Below are positions 21,369 through 31,141 of a DNA stretch of 64,000 nt, one piece after another. Within the stretch, counting starts at the first letter, position 1. The number at the start of each line of letters is the position of its first letter. The position numbers and the translations under genes are program-made. Below the pieces are notes generated by a model. It was not told the origin of the DNA and ran no database searches. It saw only the letters and a program-made list of their open reading frames with translations. This stretch comes from an uncultured bacterium (lineage in GTDB: Bacteria; Pseudomonadota; Gammaproteobacteria; Burkholderiales; SG8-39): positions 20,209-84,208 of the forward strand of contig CBDDRX010000009.1 of assembly GCA_965233165.1 (NCBI GenBank), read 5' to 3'.

Positions 21369-22318
21369 AAGTGCTGGTCACCGGCGTCGCAGGGTTCATC
21401 GGCATGCATTGCGCGCGCAGGCTGCTCGCGCGCGGCGACAAGGTCGCCGGCCTCGACAACCTGAACGACTACTACGCGGTCAAGCTGAAGAAGGACCGGC
21501 TGAAGCAGCTGCCGGCGAAGAACTTCGCCTTCGAGAAGGTCGACCTCGCCGACGGCGCGGCCCTGCGGCGCTTCTTCCGCAAGCACAAGCCCGACGCGGT
21601 CCTGCACCTCGCCGCCCAGGCCGGCGTGCGCTATTCGATCGAGAACCCGGGCGCCTACGTCGACTCGAACCTCGTCGGCTTCGCCAACCTGCTCGAATGC
21701 TGCCGCGAGCGGCCGCCGCGCCACCTCGTCTACGCCTCGAGCTCGAGCGTCTACGGCAACAACCCGAAGCTCCCCTGGTCGGAGGCGCAGAGCGTCGACC
21801 GGCCGATCAGCCTGTACGCGGCGACGAAGAAGGCGAACGAGCTGATGGCGCACACCTACAGCCACCTCTTCGGCCTGAAGACCACCGGCCTGCGCTTCTT
21901 CACCGTCTACGGCCCGTGGGGCCGCCCGGACATGTCGCCGATGCTCTTCGCCACCGCGATCATGAAGGGCAAGCCGATCAACGTCTTCAACCGCGGCCGC
22001 ATGCAGCGCGACTTCACCTACATCGAGGACATCGTCGAAGGCACGATCCGCGTCCTCGACAAGCCCGCGCCGTACGAGCTCTACAACATCGGCAACCACC
22101 AGCCGGTCGCCCTGCGCGACTACATCGAGGCGCTCGAGCGCGCGTTCGGCAAGAAGGCGAAGCTGAAGATGCTGCCGATGCAGCCCGGCGACGTCGAATC
22201 GACCTACGCCGACACGAAGCGCCTTCGCGCCGCCGTCGGCTTCGCGCCGGCGACGCCGCTGCAGGCGGGGCTGGAGCGCTTCGCGCAGTGGTTCAAGGAC
22301 TACTACGGCTACCGCTGA
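21365..22318 (+). CDS. NAD-dependent nucleotide-sugar epimerase (UDP-glucuronate 4-epimerase-like SDR)
   Basis: 317 aa from ATG 21365. MKVLVTGVAGFIGMH..., YAATKKANE (YxxxK). The C-terminus resembles CapI/LpsL-type epimerases. Confidence 0.8.
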   Translation: MKVLVTGVAGFIGMHCARRLLARGDKVAGLDNLNDYYAVKLKKDRLKQLPAKNFAFEKVDLADGAALRRFFRKHKPDAVLHLAAQAGVRYSIENPGAYVDSNLVGFANLLECCRERPPRHLVYASSSSVYGNNPKLPWSEAQSVDRPISLYAATKKANELMAHTYSHLFGLKTTGLRFFTVYGPWGRPDMSPMLFATAIMKGKPINVFNRGRMQRDFTYIEDIVEGTIRVLDKPAPYELYNIGNHQPVALRDYIEALERAFGKKAKLKMLPMQPGDVESTYADTKRLRAAVGFAPATPLQAGLERFAQWFKDYYGYR

Positions 22319-22334
22319 GCCCTAGAATGCCGGC

Positions 22335-23759
22335 GTGAGTGCGAAGCTCTATCCCGTAGTGCTATGCGGCGGCAGCGGCAGCCGCCTCTGGCCGATGTCG
22401 CGGCGGCTCCTGCCGAAGCAGTTCCTGCCGCTCGTCACGGAGCGCTCGCTGCTCCAGGACACCGTGCAGCGGCTCGGCGCGATCGCCGACGCCATGCCGG
22501 CGATCGTCATCAGCAACCACGAGCATCGCTTCCTCGTCGCCGAGCAGCTCAACGAGCTCGGCCTGAAGCCCGACGTCCAGATCCTCGAGCCTGCCGGGCG
22601 GAACACGGCACCCGCGGTCGCCGTCGCCGCGCGGTATGTCGCCAAGCGGGACCCGGACGGGCTGGTGCTCGTGCTGGCCTCCGACCATGCGATTACCGAC
22701 CCGGCCGCGTTCGGCCGCGCGGTCGGCGCCGCCCGGCTTTCCGCCGAATCCGGCTTCATCACCACGTTCGGCATCACCCCGACCCACGCCGCGACCGGCT
22801 ACGGGTACATCGAGCGCGGCGCGCCGCTCGACGCACCGCAGAAGGCTTATCGCATCGAGCGGTTCGTCGAGAAACCGGATGCCGCCACGGCCGCGAAGTA
22901 CCTCGCCTCCGGCCGCTTCCTCTGGAACAGCGGCATGTTCGTCTTCCGCGCCGCCCAGTTCCTGCAGGAGCTGGGCCGGCTGCGGCCCGACATCCTCTCG
23001 GCCGCGGACAAGGCGCTCGCCGCCGCCACCCGCGACCTCGACTTCCTTCGCCTCGACGCGCAAACCTTCGAGGCCTGCCCGGCCGAGTCCGTGGACTACG
23101 CGGTGATGGAGAAGGTCGCCAACGGAGCCGTCGTGGCCGCGGACATGGGCTGGAGCGACGTCGGCTCCTGGTCCGCCCTCTGGGACATCGGCGGGAAGGA
23201 CGCCCAGGGCAACGTCAGCCGGGGCGACGTGGCGATGCGCGACGTGGCCGGCAGCTTCGTGCGCGCCGACAGCCGCCTTGTCTCCGTGCTCGGACTACGC
23301 GACGTTCTCGTGGTCGAGACGAAGGACGCGGTCCTCGTGGCGGATCGCGCGCGGGCGCAGGAGGTCAAAGACATCGTCGAGCAGCTCGACCGCGGCAAGC
23401 GCTCCGAGCACGTTTCCCACACGCGGGTCTACCGGCCGTGGGGCTACTACGAATCCATCGATTCCGGCCCGCGCTTCCAGGTAAAGCGCCTCATGGTGAA
23501 GCCGGGACACGCCCTCTCCCTGCAGCTCCACCACCATCGCGCCGAGCACTGGGTCGTGGTCTCCGGCACCGCGAAAGTCACGCGCGGCGAAGAAGTGATG
23601 ACCATCTCGGAGAACGAGTCGACCTACATCCCGATCGGCATGCGGCACCGCCTGGAGAACCCCGGCAAGCTGCCGCTGTACCTGGTCGAGGTCCAGTCCG
23701 GCAGCTACCTGGGAGAGGACGACATCGTGCGCTTCGACGACCAGTACGGCCGACCCTAG
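22335..23759 (+). CDS. manC: Mannose-1-phosphate guanylyltransferase / mannose-6-phosphate isomerase (bifunctional)
   Basis: 474 aa with a GTG start. YPVVLCGGSGSRLWPMSR and a C-terminal cupin (RPWGYYESID...HHRAEHWVVVSGTA). Confidence 0.9.
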   Translation: MSAKLYPVVLCGGSGSRLWPMSRRLLPKQFLPLVTERSLLQDTVQRLGAIADAMPAIVISNHEHRFLVAEQLNELGLKPDVQILEPAGRNTAPAVAVAARYVAKRDPDGLVLVLASDHAITDPAAFGRAVGAARLSAESGFITTFGITPTHAATGYGYIERGAPLDAPQKAYRIERFVEKPDAATAAKYLASGRFLWNSGMFVFRAAQFLQELGRLRPDILSAADKALAAATRDLDFLRLDAQTFEACPAESVDYAVMEKVANGAVVAADMGWSDVGSWSALWDIGGKDAQGNVSRGDVAMRDVAGSFVRADSRLVSVLGLRDVLVVETKDAVLVADRARAQEVKDIVEQLDRGKRSEHVSHTRVYRPWGYYESIDSGPRFQVKRLMVKPGHALSLQLHHHRAEHWVVVSGTAKVTRGEEVMTISENESTYIPIGMRHRLENPGKLPLYLVEVQSGSYLGEDDIVRFDDQYGRP

Positions 23760-25594
23760 GCCGAAGTCCCTCCCGGGGCGGGGCGGTACTCGGGGATCCA
23801 TTCCATCAGCTTCGCCCTGACTTGCGTGGCGGAGACGCCTTCCTCCGCTGGCAGGGTCCACGCCAGAACGTCAGTCAACAGGCTTGCGGGATCGCCGGGC
23901 CTGCGCGCCTTCGCAACCCGCAGCTTCAGGTGCGGCGTCGGCAGGCTGTGCTCATCGTCGGTCAGGAGCTCCTCGTAGAGCTTCTCGCCAGGCCGCAGGC
24001 CGACGTAGGTGATCGGAATTTGGGACTGCGAATACCCCGAAAGGCGGATGAGCTCCCTGGCGAGCTCCGAGATGCGCACCGGCTTGCCCATGTCCAGCAT
24101 GAAGATCTCCCCGCCCTTCCCCATCATCGCCGCCTGCAACACCAGCTGCGCAGCTTCGGGGATCGACATGAAGTAGCGCTCGACCTCCGGGTGCGTGACG
24201 GTCACGGGCCCTCCGCGGGCGATCTGCTCCCGGAATCGCGGCACGACGCTGCCTGTCGAGCCCAGCACGTTGCCGAAACGGACGGTCACGAACGCGGTGC
24301 CGCCTTGCGACTCGAGGCACTGGCATACCAGCTCGGCAAGCCGCTTGGACGCCCCCATGACACTCGTCGGGTTTACTGCCTTGTCGGTCGATACGAACAC
24401 GAACTTTTCCGCTCCCGCGTCGCGTGCGGCCCCGCCCGTTACCAGCGTGGAGCGCACGTTGTTCAGGACCGCCTGGTGCGCGTTGTCCTCCTCCATGAGG
24501 GGCACGTGCTTATAGGCGGCCGCATGGAAGACCACCTGCGGCCGGTGCTCGCGGAAGATCTGTCCCATGCGCGCGGCATCCTTCGCATCGCCGATCACAG
24601 GAACAACAGGGACGGCCAGGGGACCGTCCGCGAACTCGCGCTCGATGGAATAGAGCGCAAACTCCGAAAGGTCGTGAAGCAGCAGGCGGGCAGGCGCGAA
24701 GCGCGCGATCTGCCTGCACAGCTCCGAGCCGATCGAGCCTCCCGCGCCGGTCACGAGGACAACCTTATCCTTGAGGAAGGCGGACAAGCCGGCGTCGTCC
24801 AGCTCCACGGGGTCGCGGCCGAGCAGGTCGTCCAGCTCCACGTCGCGCAGGGCCGAGATACTGACGCGGCCGGAAATGATGTCGTCGTGCGCGGGCACGG
24901 TCATCACGCGAACCTTCGCTTCGGTGCAGAAGTCGACGGCGCGCCGGCGCGCTTCGTGCGATGCGCCCGGCATCGCGATCACGGCCTGGTCCACGCCGAG
25001 GCGCTTCGCGACGGCGGCGACGTCCTCCATTCGGCCGATGACCTTCACGCCCCGGATCGCCCCGCCCTGCTTGGCGGCATCGTCGTCGAGCAGGCCGACC
25101 ACCCGCCATGCGGAGTCCTGCTCGAGGTCTCGAAGAAGGCGTGCCGCCGCTTCGCCGGCGCCGAGGACCATGACCCGCTTCGCCTTCAATGCCGGAGAGC
25201 TCGCGGCACGCCGCTCCAGCCATGCGCGAACGGCCAGCCTGGAACCCGCGAGCAGAAGGGCCAGGATGAGCGGGCTCATCCAGTAGACACCGCCCGGAAC
25301 CGGATCTGCCTTGAGTGCGCGCAGCATCAGCGGAACCGCTATCGCCCCGACCGCTACCGCGGCGACGATCCGGGTTAGCTCGTGGACGCCGGCGTAGCGC
25401 CATAGTCCACGGTGCAGGCCGAACGCCAGAAAGGCTGCCGCGTAAGTCACGCCGACATAGCTAAGCCGCTCTGCCATCGATTCGAGCACCGCGGGGTCGG
25501 GCACGAAGTCGAAGCGCACCAGAGTCGCCAGCGTCCATGCGAGCAGGGCCATGGCGACGTCCCAGGCGAACGCAATCGGGGTGCGGAAACTCAT
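23756..25594 (-). CDS. Membrane-anchored nucleotide-sugar 4,6-dehydratase (CapD/WbpM/PglF family)
   Basis: 612 aa. Four N-terminal hydrophobic segments, then VLGAGEAA and LVTGAGGSIGSEL Rossmann motifs and VMGASKRLAE. Confidence 0.85.
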   Translation of the reverse strand: MSFRTPIAFAWDVAMALLAWTLATLVRFDFVPDPAVLESMAERLSYVGVTYAAAFLAFGLHRGLWRYAGVHELTRIVAAVAVGAIAVPLMLRALKADPVPGGVYWMSPLILALLLAGSRLAVRAWLERRAASSPALKAKRVMVLGAGEAAARLLRDLEQDSAWRVVGLLDDDAAKQGGAIRGVKVIGRMEDVAAVAKRLGVDQAVIAMPGASHEARRRAVDFCTEAKVRVMTVPAHDDIISGRVSISALRDVELDDLLGRDPVELDDAGLSAFLKDKVVLVTGAGGSIGSELCRQIARFAPARLLLHDLSEFALYSIEREFADGPLAVPVVPVIGDAKDAARMGQIFREHRPQVVFHAAAYKHVPLMEEDNAHQAVLNNVRSTLVTGGAARDAGAEKFVFVSTDKAVNPTSVMGASKRLAELVCQCLESQGGTAFVTVRFGNVLGSTGSVVPRFREQIARGGPVTVTHPEVERYFMSIPEAAQLVLQAAMMGKGGEIFMLDMGKPVRISELARELIRLSGYSQSQIPITYVGLRPGEKLYEELLTDDEHSLPTPHLKLRVAKARRPGDPASLLTDVLAWTLPAEEGVSATQVRAKLMEWIPEYRPAPGGTSA

Positions 25595-26730
25595 CGGCGG
25601 GATTCTAGCGAGGCGTACTCCGCGAGCAGCGCAGCGTTCATCCGCGCTGAGTCGAAGTCGCGGCGCACGCGCTCGCGCGCGGCTGCGCCGAGCCTTGCGC
25701 GCAAGGCGTCCTGCGTCAGCACGCGATGCAGAGCCTCCTGCAAGGCGGCCGCATCCTTAGGCGGCACGAGCAAGCCGGTTTCCCCGTCCACGACGGCATC
25801 GGCAAGGCCGATGATCCGCGTACCCACGCAGGGCACACCCAGCGCCGCCGCTTCGAGGACGACGATGCCAAAGCCTTCGCGATAGCTCGGCAGACACAAC
25901 GCGTCGGCCATGGCGAGATAGGACTCCGGCCTTGGCTGGTATCCGACCGCATGGATCGCGGGGTTGCGGCGGACCTCTTCCAGGGTTCTCGGCGGGAGCG
26001 GATCGCGCTCCGGCTCAAGCGGGCCGACCAGGACGAGGGCCGCGCCCGTCAGTCCGCGGAAGGCTTCCACGAGCTCCATGACGCCTTTGTCTCGCGTGAC
26101 GCGTCCGACGAAGACCACGACCTTGTCGCCGGGCGGAATCGACAGTGCCGCCCGAGCAGCGAGCGCCTCGCCGCGCAGTTTGTCGAGGTCGAAGCGCTCG
26201 AGATCGACCCCCGCGAGCGAGCCCATGCCCTGCACATGGATCTCTCCGGCGCGCGCAATTCCCTCCTGCATCAGGTAGTCGCGCTGGGAGGTGCTATCAG
26301 CGTAGGCCCTGGAATCGAGCCGCACGATCACCCGGTCCGCCATACGGCTCGCCCATCGCGTCAGGCCGCTGCGCGTTGCCCACGCCTGACCCGTGAACGT
26401 GTGCAGGCGGATCGGAACGCCGGCGAGCCATCCCGCGATCGCGGAAAGCAATCCGGCCTTCGGGGTGATGGAATGAACCAGATCGGGCTTGAGGCGCATG
26501 AAGACCCGAACCAGCCGGAACAAGGCGAGCAGGTCCGCCAGGGGAGAGATTTCGCGCGGGATGTCGACGAGCACTACCCCGGCGACGCCCAGCCGCGAAA
26601 CCGCTTCGGCGCCTTCGAGGCGGCCGGTGATGACGTAGACCTCATGGCCGGCGGCGACGCTCGCGCGAATCTGTCCCTCAAGGTGGTGGAGCACGACGAA
26701 TGGAATGGTGGCGACGCGGACGATGCGCAT
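25591..26730 (-). CDS. Glycosyltransferase family 4
   Basis: Start moved to ATG 26730 (MRIVRVATIPFVV...). C-terminal block LPSYREGFGIVVLEAAALGVPCVGT...VVDGETGLLV. The 47 upstream track codons are R/A/G-rich shadow. Confidence 0.8.
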   Translation of the reverse strand: MRIVRVATIPFVVLHHLEGQIRASVAAGHEVYVITGRLEGAEAVSRLGVAGVVLVDIPREISPLADLLALFRLVRVFMRLKPDLVHSITPKAGLLSAIAGWLAGVPIRLHTFTGQAWATRSGLTRWASRMADRVIVRLDSRAYADSTSQRDYLMQEGIARAGEIHVQGMGSLAGVDLERFDLDKLRGEALAARAALSIPPGDKVVVFVGRVTRDKGVMELVEAFRGLTGAALVLVGPLEPERDPLPPRTLEEVRRNPAIHAVGYQPRPESYLAMADALCLPSYREGFGIVVLEAAALGVPCVGTRIIGLADAVVDGETGLLVPPKDAAALQEALHRVLTQDALRARLGAAARERVRRDFDSARMNAALLAEYASLESRR

Positions 26731-26732
26731 GC

Positions 26733-27992
26733 TCAGCGCGCCACCATGCCGCGAAGGAACCCGTCCAGGACGCGCGCCTGGGCCTCCCGCGAATAGGGCT
26801 CGAGGCCTTCCTCGGGTAGGTCTGGCGAGCGCCCGCCCCCGCGCTTCGCGAGCGCGCCTTCCTTCAGCCACGCCGCCAGAGCCGCCGCGTCGCGCGAGAC
26901 GAAGCCCCTCCTGTCCCGCGTGATCAGCGCGCCGGTTTCGCTCGCGGGATCACCGACCCCAAGGATGGGCCGGCGAGCGCCGAGATACTCGAAGAGCTTC
27001 GCAGTCAGAACGCCTTCGCCGGCGACGCCATTCCAGCAGAAGAAGAGAAGGGCGTCGGCGCCGGCCTGCAGGCGGAGCGCATCCTCCCGTGCGATGGTAG
27101 GCGCGATGTCGAACAGCGCCGCAGCCCGCGATGCCCGGACGGCTTCCTCTGCCGCACCGAGGTTTCGACCGCGAAGCGTGATGCGCAGTTCCTGCGGCCC
27201 CAGGCCGGACGCTTCCACGGCGCCCACGAGCGCGTCAACGTCGTACGCCTTGTACAGGCTGCCGGTGTAGGCGACATGGAACGGACCATCGGCGCTCGCT
27301 GACATCGTCCGAAGGTCGTGTGCGTCATAGCCGTTCGTCACTACCCGGATCGGCAAGCGGAATCTCTTCGCCAGGCGATCGGCGAGGGGCTGCGACACGG
27401 TCACCGCTGCCGAGGCGCCCGCGAGCACGCGCTCTTCCTGGCGTGCCTCGATGCGATGGCGCCAGGCCGGGTAGTCGTAGGCATGGTTGTCGGTCCACAG
27501 ATCGCGGTACTCGGCGACCCATGGCACGCCGTTTTCGCGGGCGAGCGCCGCGGCAACGGTGAAGGCAGTGAAGGGCGGCGCGCTGGCATAGAGGAGATCG
27601 AGGGGGCCGGCGCTGCGCAGCAGACGGCGCCCCGCTTCCATCGCTGGCTCCCGCCAACCGGTCTGCGCGTCAGGCCAGTGCAGCACGGTTCTATAGAAAC
27701 GGGCCATGCGCCCGAGCATCCCGCGGCGGGCACCCCCGGCATAGCCTGATTGCGCCACCCGGCGGCGGCCCAGCAGGAAGTCGACGGGCGCGTTGCGATT
27801 GCTCCAGGCCGTCGCCGTGATGCGGTCCTTCCCAAGCGCGCAGTCGAGGCCGGTTGGAAAGGGCTGACGATCCGCCGTCAGGACAAACACGTCGTGCCCG
27901 AGCCGCTGCAGCCATTCGGCGAGCCTTGTTGCACGAACCGCGCCGACGGAGTTGTAGGGCGCGAAGTAAAAGGAAATGAAGAGGATGCGCAC
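26733..27992 (-). CDS. Glycosyltransferase family 4 (WbuB-like)
   Basis: 419 aa. MRILFISFYFAPYNSVGAVRATRLAEWL... GT-B architecture. Confidence 0.72.
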   Translation of the reverse strand: MRILFISFYFAPYNSVGAVRATRLAEWLQRLGHDVFVLTADRQPFPTGLDCALGKDRITATAWSNRNAPVDFLLGRRRVAQSGYAGGARRGMLGRMARFYRTVLHWPDAQTGWREPAMEAGRRLLRSAGPLDLLYASAPPFTAFTVAAALARENGVPWVAEYRDLWTDNHAYDYPAWRHRIEARQEERVLAGASAAVTVSQPLADRLAKRFRLPIRVVTNGYDAHDLRTMSASADGPFHVAYTGSLYKAYDVDALVGAVEASGLGPQELRITLRGRNLGAAEEAVRASRAAALFDIAPTIAREDALRLQAGADALLFFCWNGVAGEGVLTAKLFEYLGARRPILGVGDPASETGALITRDRRGFVSRDAAALAAWLKEGALAKRGGGRSPDLPEEGLEPYSREAQARVLDGFLRGMVAR

Positions 27993-27998
27993 GAGGCG

Positions 27999-30011
27999 CT
28001 ACGCCGCCACCGAGAAGCGCTCCATCCACGCGCCGAACGAGATGATCCGCCACGGCGTGAAGTCGAAGGCGCGCCGCCCGGATTGCACATCCTTGAGGAG
28101 GGAGACGGCACTATCGTTGACGATGCCGCGCGACTGCTCGACAGCCTGCTCCATCCGCCGGAGAAACACGTCCGGCTGCCTCTCCCTCACCCACACCTCC
28201 TCGGGCGTGGCGAAACCCAGCTTGTCCTGCCTGGTGCGCACCGCCTCGGGCAGGATCCCTTTCATTGCCTCGCGCAGCACGCGCTTGGTGGTGCCTCCGG
28301 AGATCTTCATCTCGTCGGGCAGGCCGAGCGCGAACTCGACGAGCCGGTAGTCAAGGAACGGCACGCGCGATTCGATCGAATGCGCCATCGAGTCCCGGTC
28401 CTCCCAGTGCAGCAACATCTGGAGATTGGTCGACGTGAGCTGCTGGTGCGATTCCTCCCGCACGCTGCGAGGGCTTTGGTGCCCGGAGGCCTGCAGGCGC
28501 GAAGTGGGCCGCGCGTCCAGGGCCTTCAGGTTGAGCCAGGCGGGTGCATCGTGTGCCAGCGCTGCGCGACGACGCAGCAGCATTTTCGCGCTTTCGGGAA
28601 GCACGCCGTCAGCGAGCGCCTTCGCAGCCCACGTTGCCGGATAACCGTGCTTGCGCCGCGCGGCGCCGATCTCGGCGGCGAGCTCGAGCCAGCTCAACCC
28701 GAGGAAGAGCGCCGCGAAGCGCGGCCGGAAGAAGCTGTGGTAACCGGCGAGCGCCTCGTCGGCGCCCTGGCCGTCGAGCATCACCGTCACGCCGTCCGAG
28801 GCGGCAAGCCGGAACACGTTCCACTGGGCGTAGATGCTCGTCGAGCCGAACGGCTCGTCGTTGTGCCAGGTCAGCGCGGGCAGCTCGTCGAAGAGGTGTT
28901 CCAGGGAAGGCAGCACCTTGCGATGCCGGATTCCCGTCTGGTCCACGACCTCCTCCATGAAGCGGGACTCGTCGAAGCGCGCCACGTCGGACACCGCGGA
29001 GAAGCTGCGCTGCACCGACGCGGCATCCTGCTCGCGCAGCAGCCGGTTCGCAACGCACACGATCGACGACGAGTCTAGGCCTCCCGAGAGGCACGTTCCG
29101 ATGGGAACGTCGGCGCGTAGCCGCAAGCGGATCGCGTCGGTGAAAAGCTCGCGGAAACCCGCCGCGGCGTCGGCCGGGGAGCCGGCAAACTGCTTCGGTT
29201 CCAGCCGGTACCAGGTCTCGGTCGCAAGCTTCGCGCCCTTGCGCAGGCCATCCAGCCGATCGAGGTCGAGCTCGAGCCGCTCGCCGTTGCGCAGCTGGAA
29301 GACGCCCTCGAACAGCGTTTCGGCCGTGTGGTCGACGATGCCCCAGGCGAGAAAGTCGTAGGCGCGCTGGCCGTTGACCGCTGAACGCCACCCGGGATAA
29401 GCGGCGACCTGCTTGATCTCGGAGAACAGCGTCACGACGCCGTCCTCCGGCACCGCGTAGTAGAGCGGCTTCACGCCGAACCGGTCTCGGGCACAAAAGA
29501 CGCGCCGCGCCGTCCGATCAAGGAGCACGATGGCAAACATGCCATTGAAGCGGTGCAGGCAGTCGACGCCCCACTGCCGGTACGCGGCGATGATGATCTC
29601 GGTGTCGGTCCCGGTCCTGAATTCGTGGCCGAGCACGCGAAGCTCGTCGCGCAGCTCGAGGTAGTTGTAGATCTCGCCGTTGTAGATCACCCAGTAGCGC
29701 CCGTCAGCCGACGACATCGGCTGGTGACCCGCAGCGCTCAGATCAAGGATCGAAAGGCGCCGGTGCGCGAGCGCCGCCACCGAGCTCGCCGCCGGGTCAG
29801 GCAGGCGCCGTCGGGGCGCGTATGGCAACGTGGAAGCAAACGAGCTATCCGGTGTGTCAGGGCCGCCGTACGTGAGCGGCGCCAGCTCCGAGCCGCCGAA
29901 CAGCGTGAACCCCTCGTCGTCCGGTCCCCGATGCCGCACGGCACTCGTCATCGCGAAGATGCGGTCCGCAGGCAGGGGCCGGGCGGAGAAAAGCGCCGTC
30001 AGGCCGCACAT
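27999..30011 (-). CDS. AsnB-type glutamine-dependent amidotransferase, paralogue 1 (with an N-domain insertion)
   Basis: Start at ATG 30011 gives MCGLTALF..., the Ntn Cys2. Also VIYNGEIYNY, RDRFGVKPLYYA and the synthetase-domain loop SGGLDSS. An extra ~45-aa insertion (TLFGGSELAPLTYGGPDTPDSSFAS...) is absent from paralogues 2-4. Confidence 0.85.
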   Translation of the reverse strand: MCGLTALFSARPLPADRIFAMTSAVRHRGPDDEGFTLFGGSELAPLTYGGPDTPDSSFASTLPYAPRRRLPDPAASSVAALAHRRLSILDLSAAGHQPMSSADGRYWVIYNGEIYNYLELRDELRVLGHEFRTGTDTEIIIAAYRQWGVDCLHRFNGMFAIVLLDRTARRVFCARDRFGVKPLYYAVPEDGVVTLFSEIKQVAAYPGWRSAVNGQRAYDFLAWGIVDHTAETLFEGVFQLRNGERLELDLDRLDGLRKGAKLATETWYRLEPKQFAGSPADAAAGFRELFTDAIRLRLRADVPIGTCLSGGLDSSSIVCVANRLLREQDAASVQRSFSAVSDVARFDESRFMEEVVDQTGIRHRKVLPSLEHLFDELPALTWHNDEPFGSTSIYAQWNVFRLAASDGVTVMLDGQGADEALAGYHSFFRPRFAALFLGLSWLELAAEIGAARRKHGYPATWAAKALADGVLPESAKMLLRRRAALAHDAPAWLNLKALDARPTSRLQASGHQSPRSVREESHQQLTSTNLQMLLHWEDRDSMAHSIESRVPFLDYRLVEFALGLPDEMKISGGTTKRVLREAMKGILPEAVRTRQDKLGFATPEEVWVRERQPDVFLRRMEQAVEQSRGIVNDSAVSLLKDVQSGRRAFDFTPWRIISFGAWMERFSVAA

Positions 30012-31141
30012 GGGCGAGCGTCCATTGCCTTCTCCATCGCGGCGAGGAAGCCTGCCTCGACTTTCTCCCAGCAGAGCTCGCGCGCGGCGCGCGACGCGTT
30101 CTCCTTCAAGCGCGCAAGCTCGGCGCCATTCAGCGCGGTCAGCCTCGCCGCCATCTCCTTCACATCGAACGTATGCGCGACGATGCCGCACTCGTACTTC
30201 TCGACCAGGCGCTTCATCTCCGGCGACGGACCTATGGCGACGGCCAGGCGCGCCTGGATGAACTCAAAAAACTTGTTCGGCAGCGCGTAGCGAGCGTTGA
30301 CGCTCGCCGGCGGCAGGATATAGAGCCCGACGTCGTAGGCATTGCTGATGCGGACGATCTCGGCGGTGCGCACCGGCGGGATCACCCGGACCCGCGGCGT
30401 GCGCGCCGCGAGCGCCTTGAGGCGATCCAGGTACGCCGGCTCACCGAGCGTGAGCATCAGATCGAGGGTAAACCGCTCGTCGAGCGCGCCTGCCAGCTCG
30501 ATCATGTCTTCGAGCTTGCGCGACGGCAGCGCCGCACCGTGATGGATCAGACGGATGCGATCCGGTGCAGGGGAGACGGGCTGCAGGTCGGCGAACGGTG
30601 GCGCGCTGTAAACAACCGTGGGTGAAGCCCCGAGCTCGACCCGGTACTGTTCGGCTATGCCGTCCGCTACCGTGGTCATCGCATCCGCTGTCGGGATGTA
30701 CCGGCGGCACAGGTACTCGACATACGGCTGAAAGAGGAGGCGCCAGACGATCCTGTCCGAGAACTCGGTAGGCGCGAATTCATGCGCATCCAGCAGGACG
30801 CCCGCCCCTTTCGCCACCTTCCGCGCCAGCGGCATGGCGTGGATGTCGTTCGCCACCACAACGTCGAACTGCTTCCCGTGGAGAAGCCGCTCGGCCGCCC
30901 TCACCCGGGGCGCGGACCAGTAGCAGTGCTCGTACATGCGGAGACCCAGCGTCGCGCCCTGGACGGCGCGGTCCCACAGGTCGCGCTGCGACGGCACCTC
31001 GACGTAGTTGAGATGGCCGTCCGGCGCCGGGCCGAACCCGAGCACAGTCAGGTCGAACCGGACCGACAGTGAACGGATCTGCCGCAGTACCCGCGGGTCG
31101 CTTGCGATCCTGCTGAAAGACAGGACGAGGGCACGCCTCAT
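29999..31141 (-). CDS. Glycosyltransferase (GT-B), 'GT-X' family, paralogue of 37065..38486
   Basis: 380 aa. It shares DAHEF and YALPNKFFEFIQA with DAHEY and YACPNKLSQYFHA of the 37065 gene. It overlaps the AsnB-1 start by 13 nt. Confidence 0.6.
   Translation of the reverse strand: MRRALVLSFSRIASDPRVLRQIRSLSVRFDLTVLGFGPAPDGHLNYVEVPSQRDLWDRAVQGATLGLRMYEHCYWSAPRVRAAERLLHGKQFDVVVANDIHAMPLARKVAKGAGVLLDAHEFAPTEFSDRIVWRLLFQPYVEYLCRRYIPTADAMTTVADGIAEQYRVELGASPTVVYSAPPFADLQPVSPAPDRIRLIHHGAALPSRKLEDMIELAGALDERFTLDLMLTLGEPAYLDRLKALAARTPRVRVIPPVRTAEIVRISNAYDVGLYILPPASVNARYALPNKFFEFIQARLAVAIGPSPEMKRLVEKYECGIVAHTFDVKEMAARLTALNGAELARLKENASRAARELCWEKVEAGFLAAMEKAMDARPCAA

Noticed and set aside
22364-25378. 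1004-aa plus-strand ORF overlapping manC and the WbpM-like gene
   Set aside because: It is out of frame with manC and antisense to the WbpM-like gene, and its composition is R/P/G/A-rich. It is a shadow ORF.
30012-30191. N-terminal extensions upstream of the MCG starts of the AsnB paralogues (also 41620..41661 and 55820..55891)
   Set aside because: Ntn amidotransferases need Cys as residue 2 after Met removal. Each extension overlaps the upstream gene or is R-rich shadow sequence, so the internal ATG-TGC starts were used.
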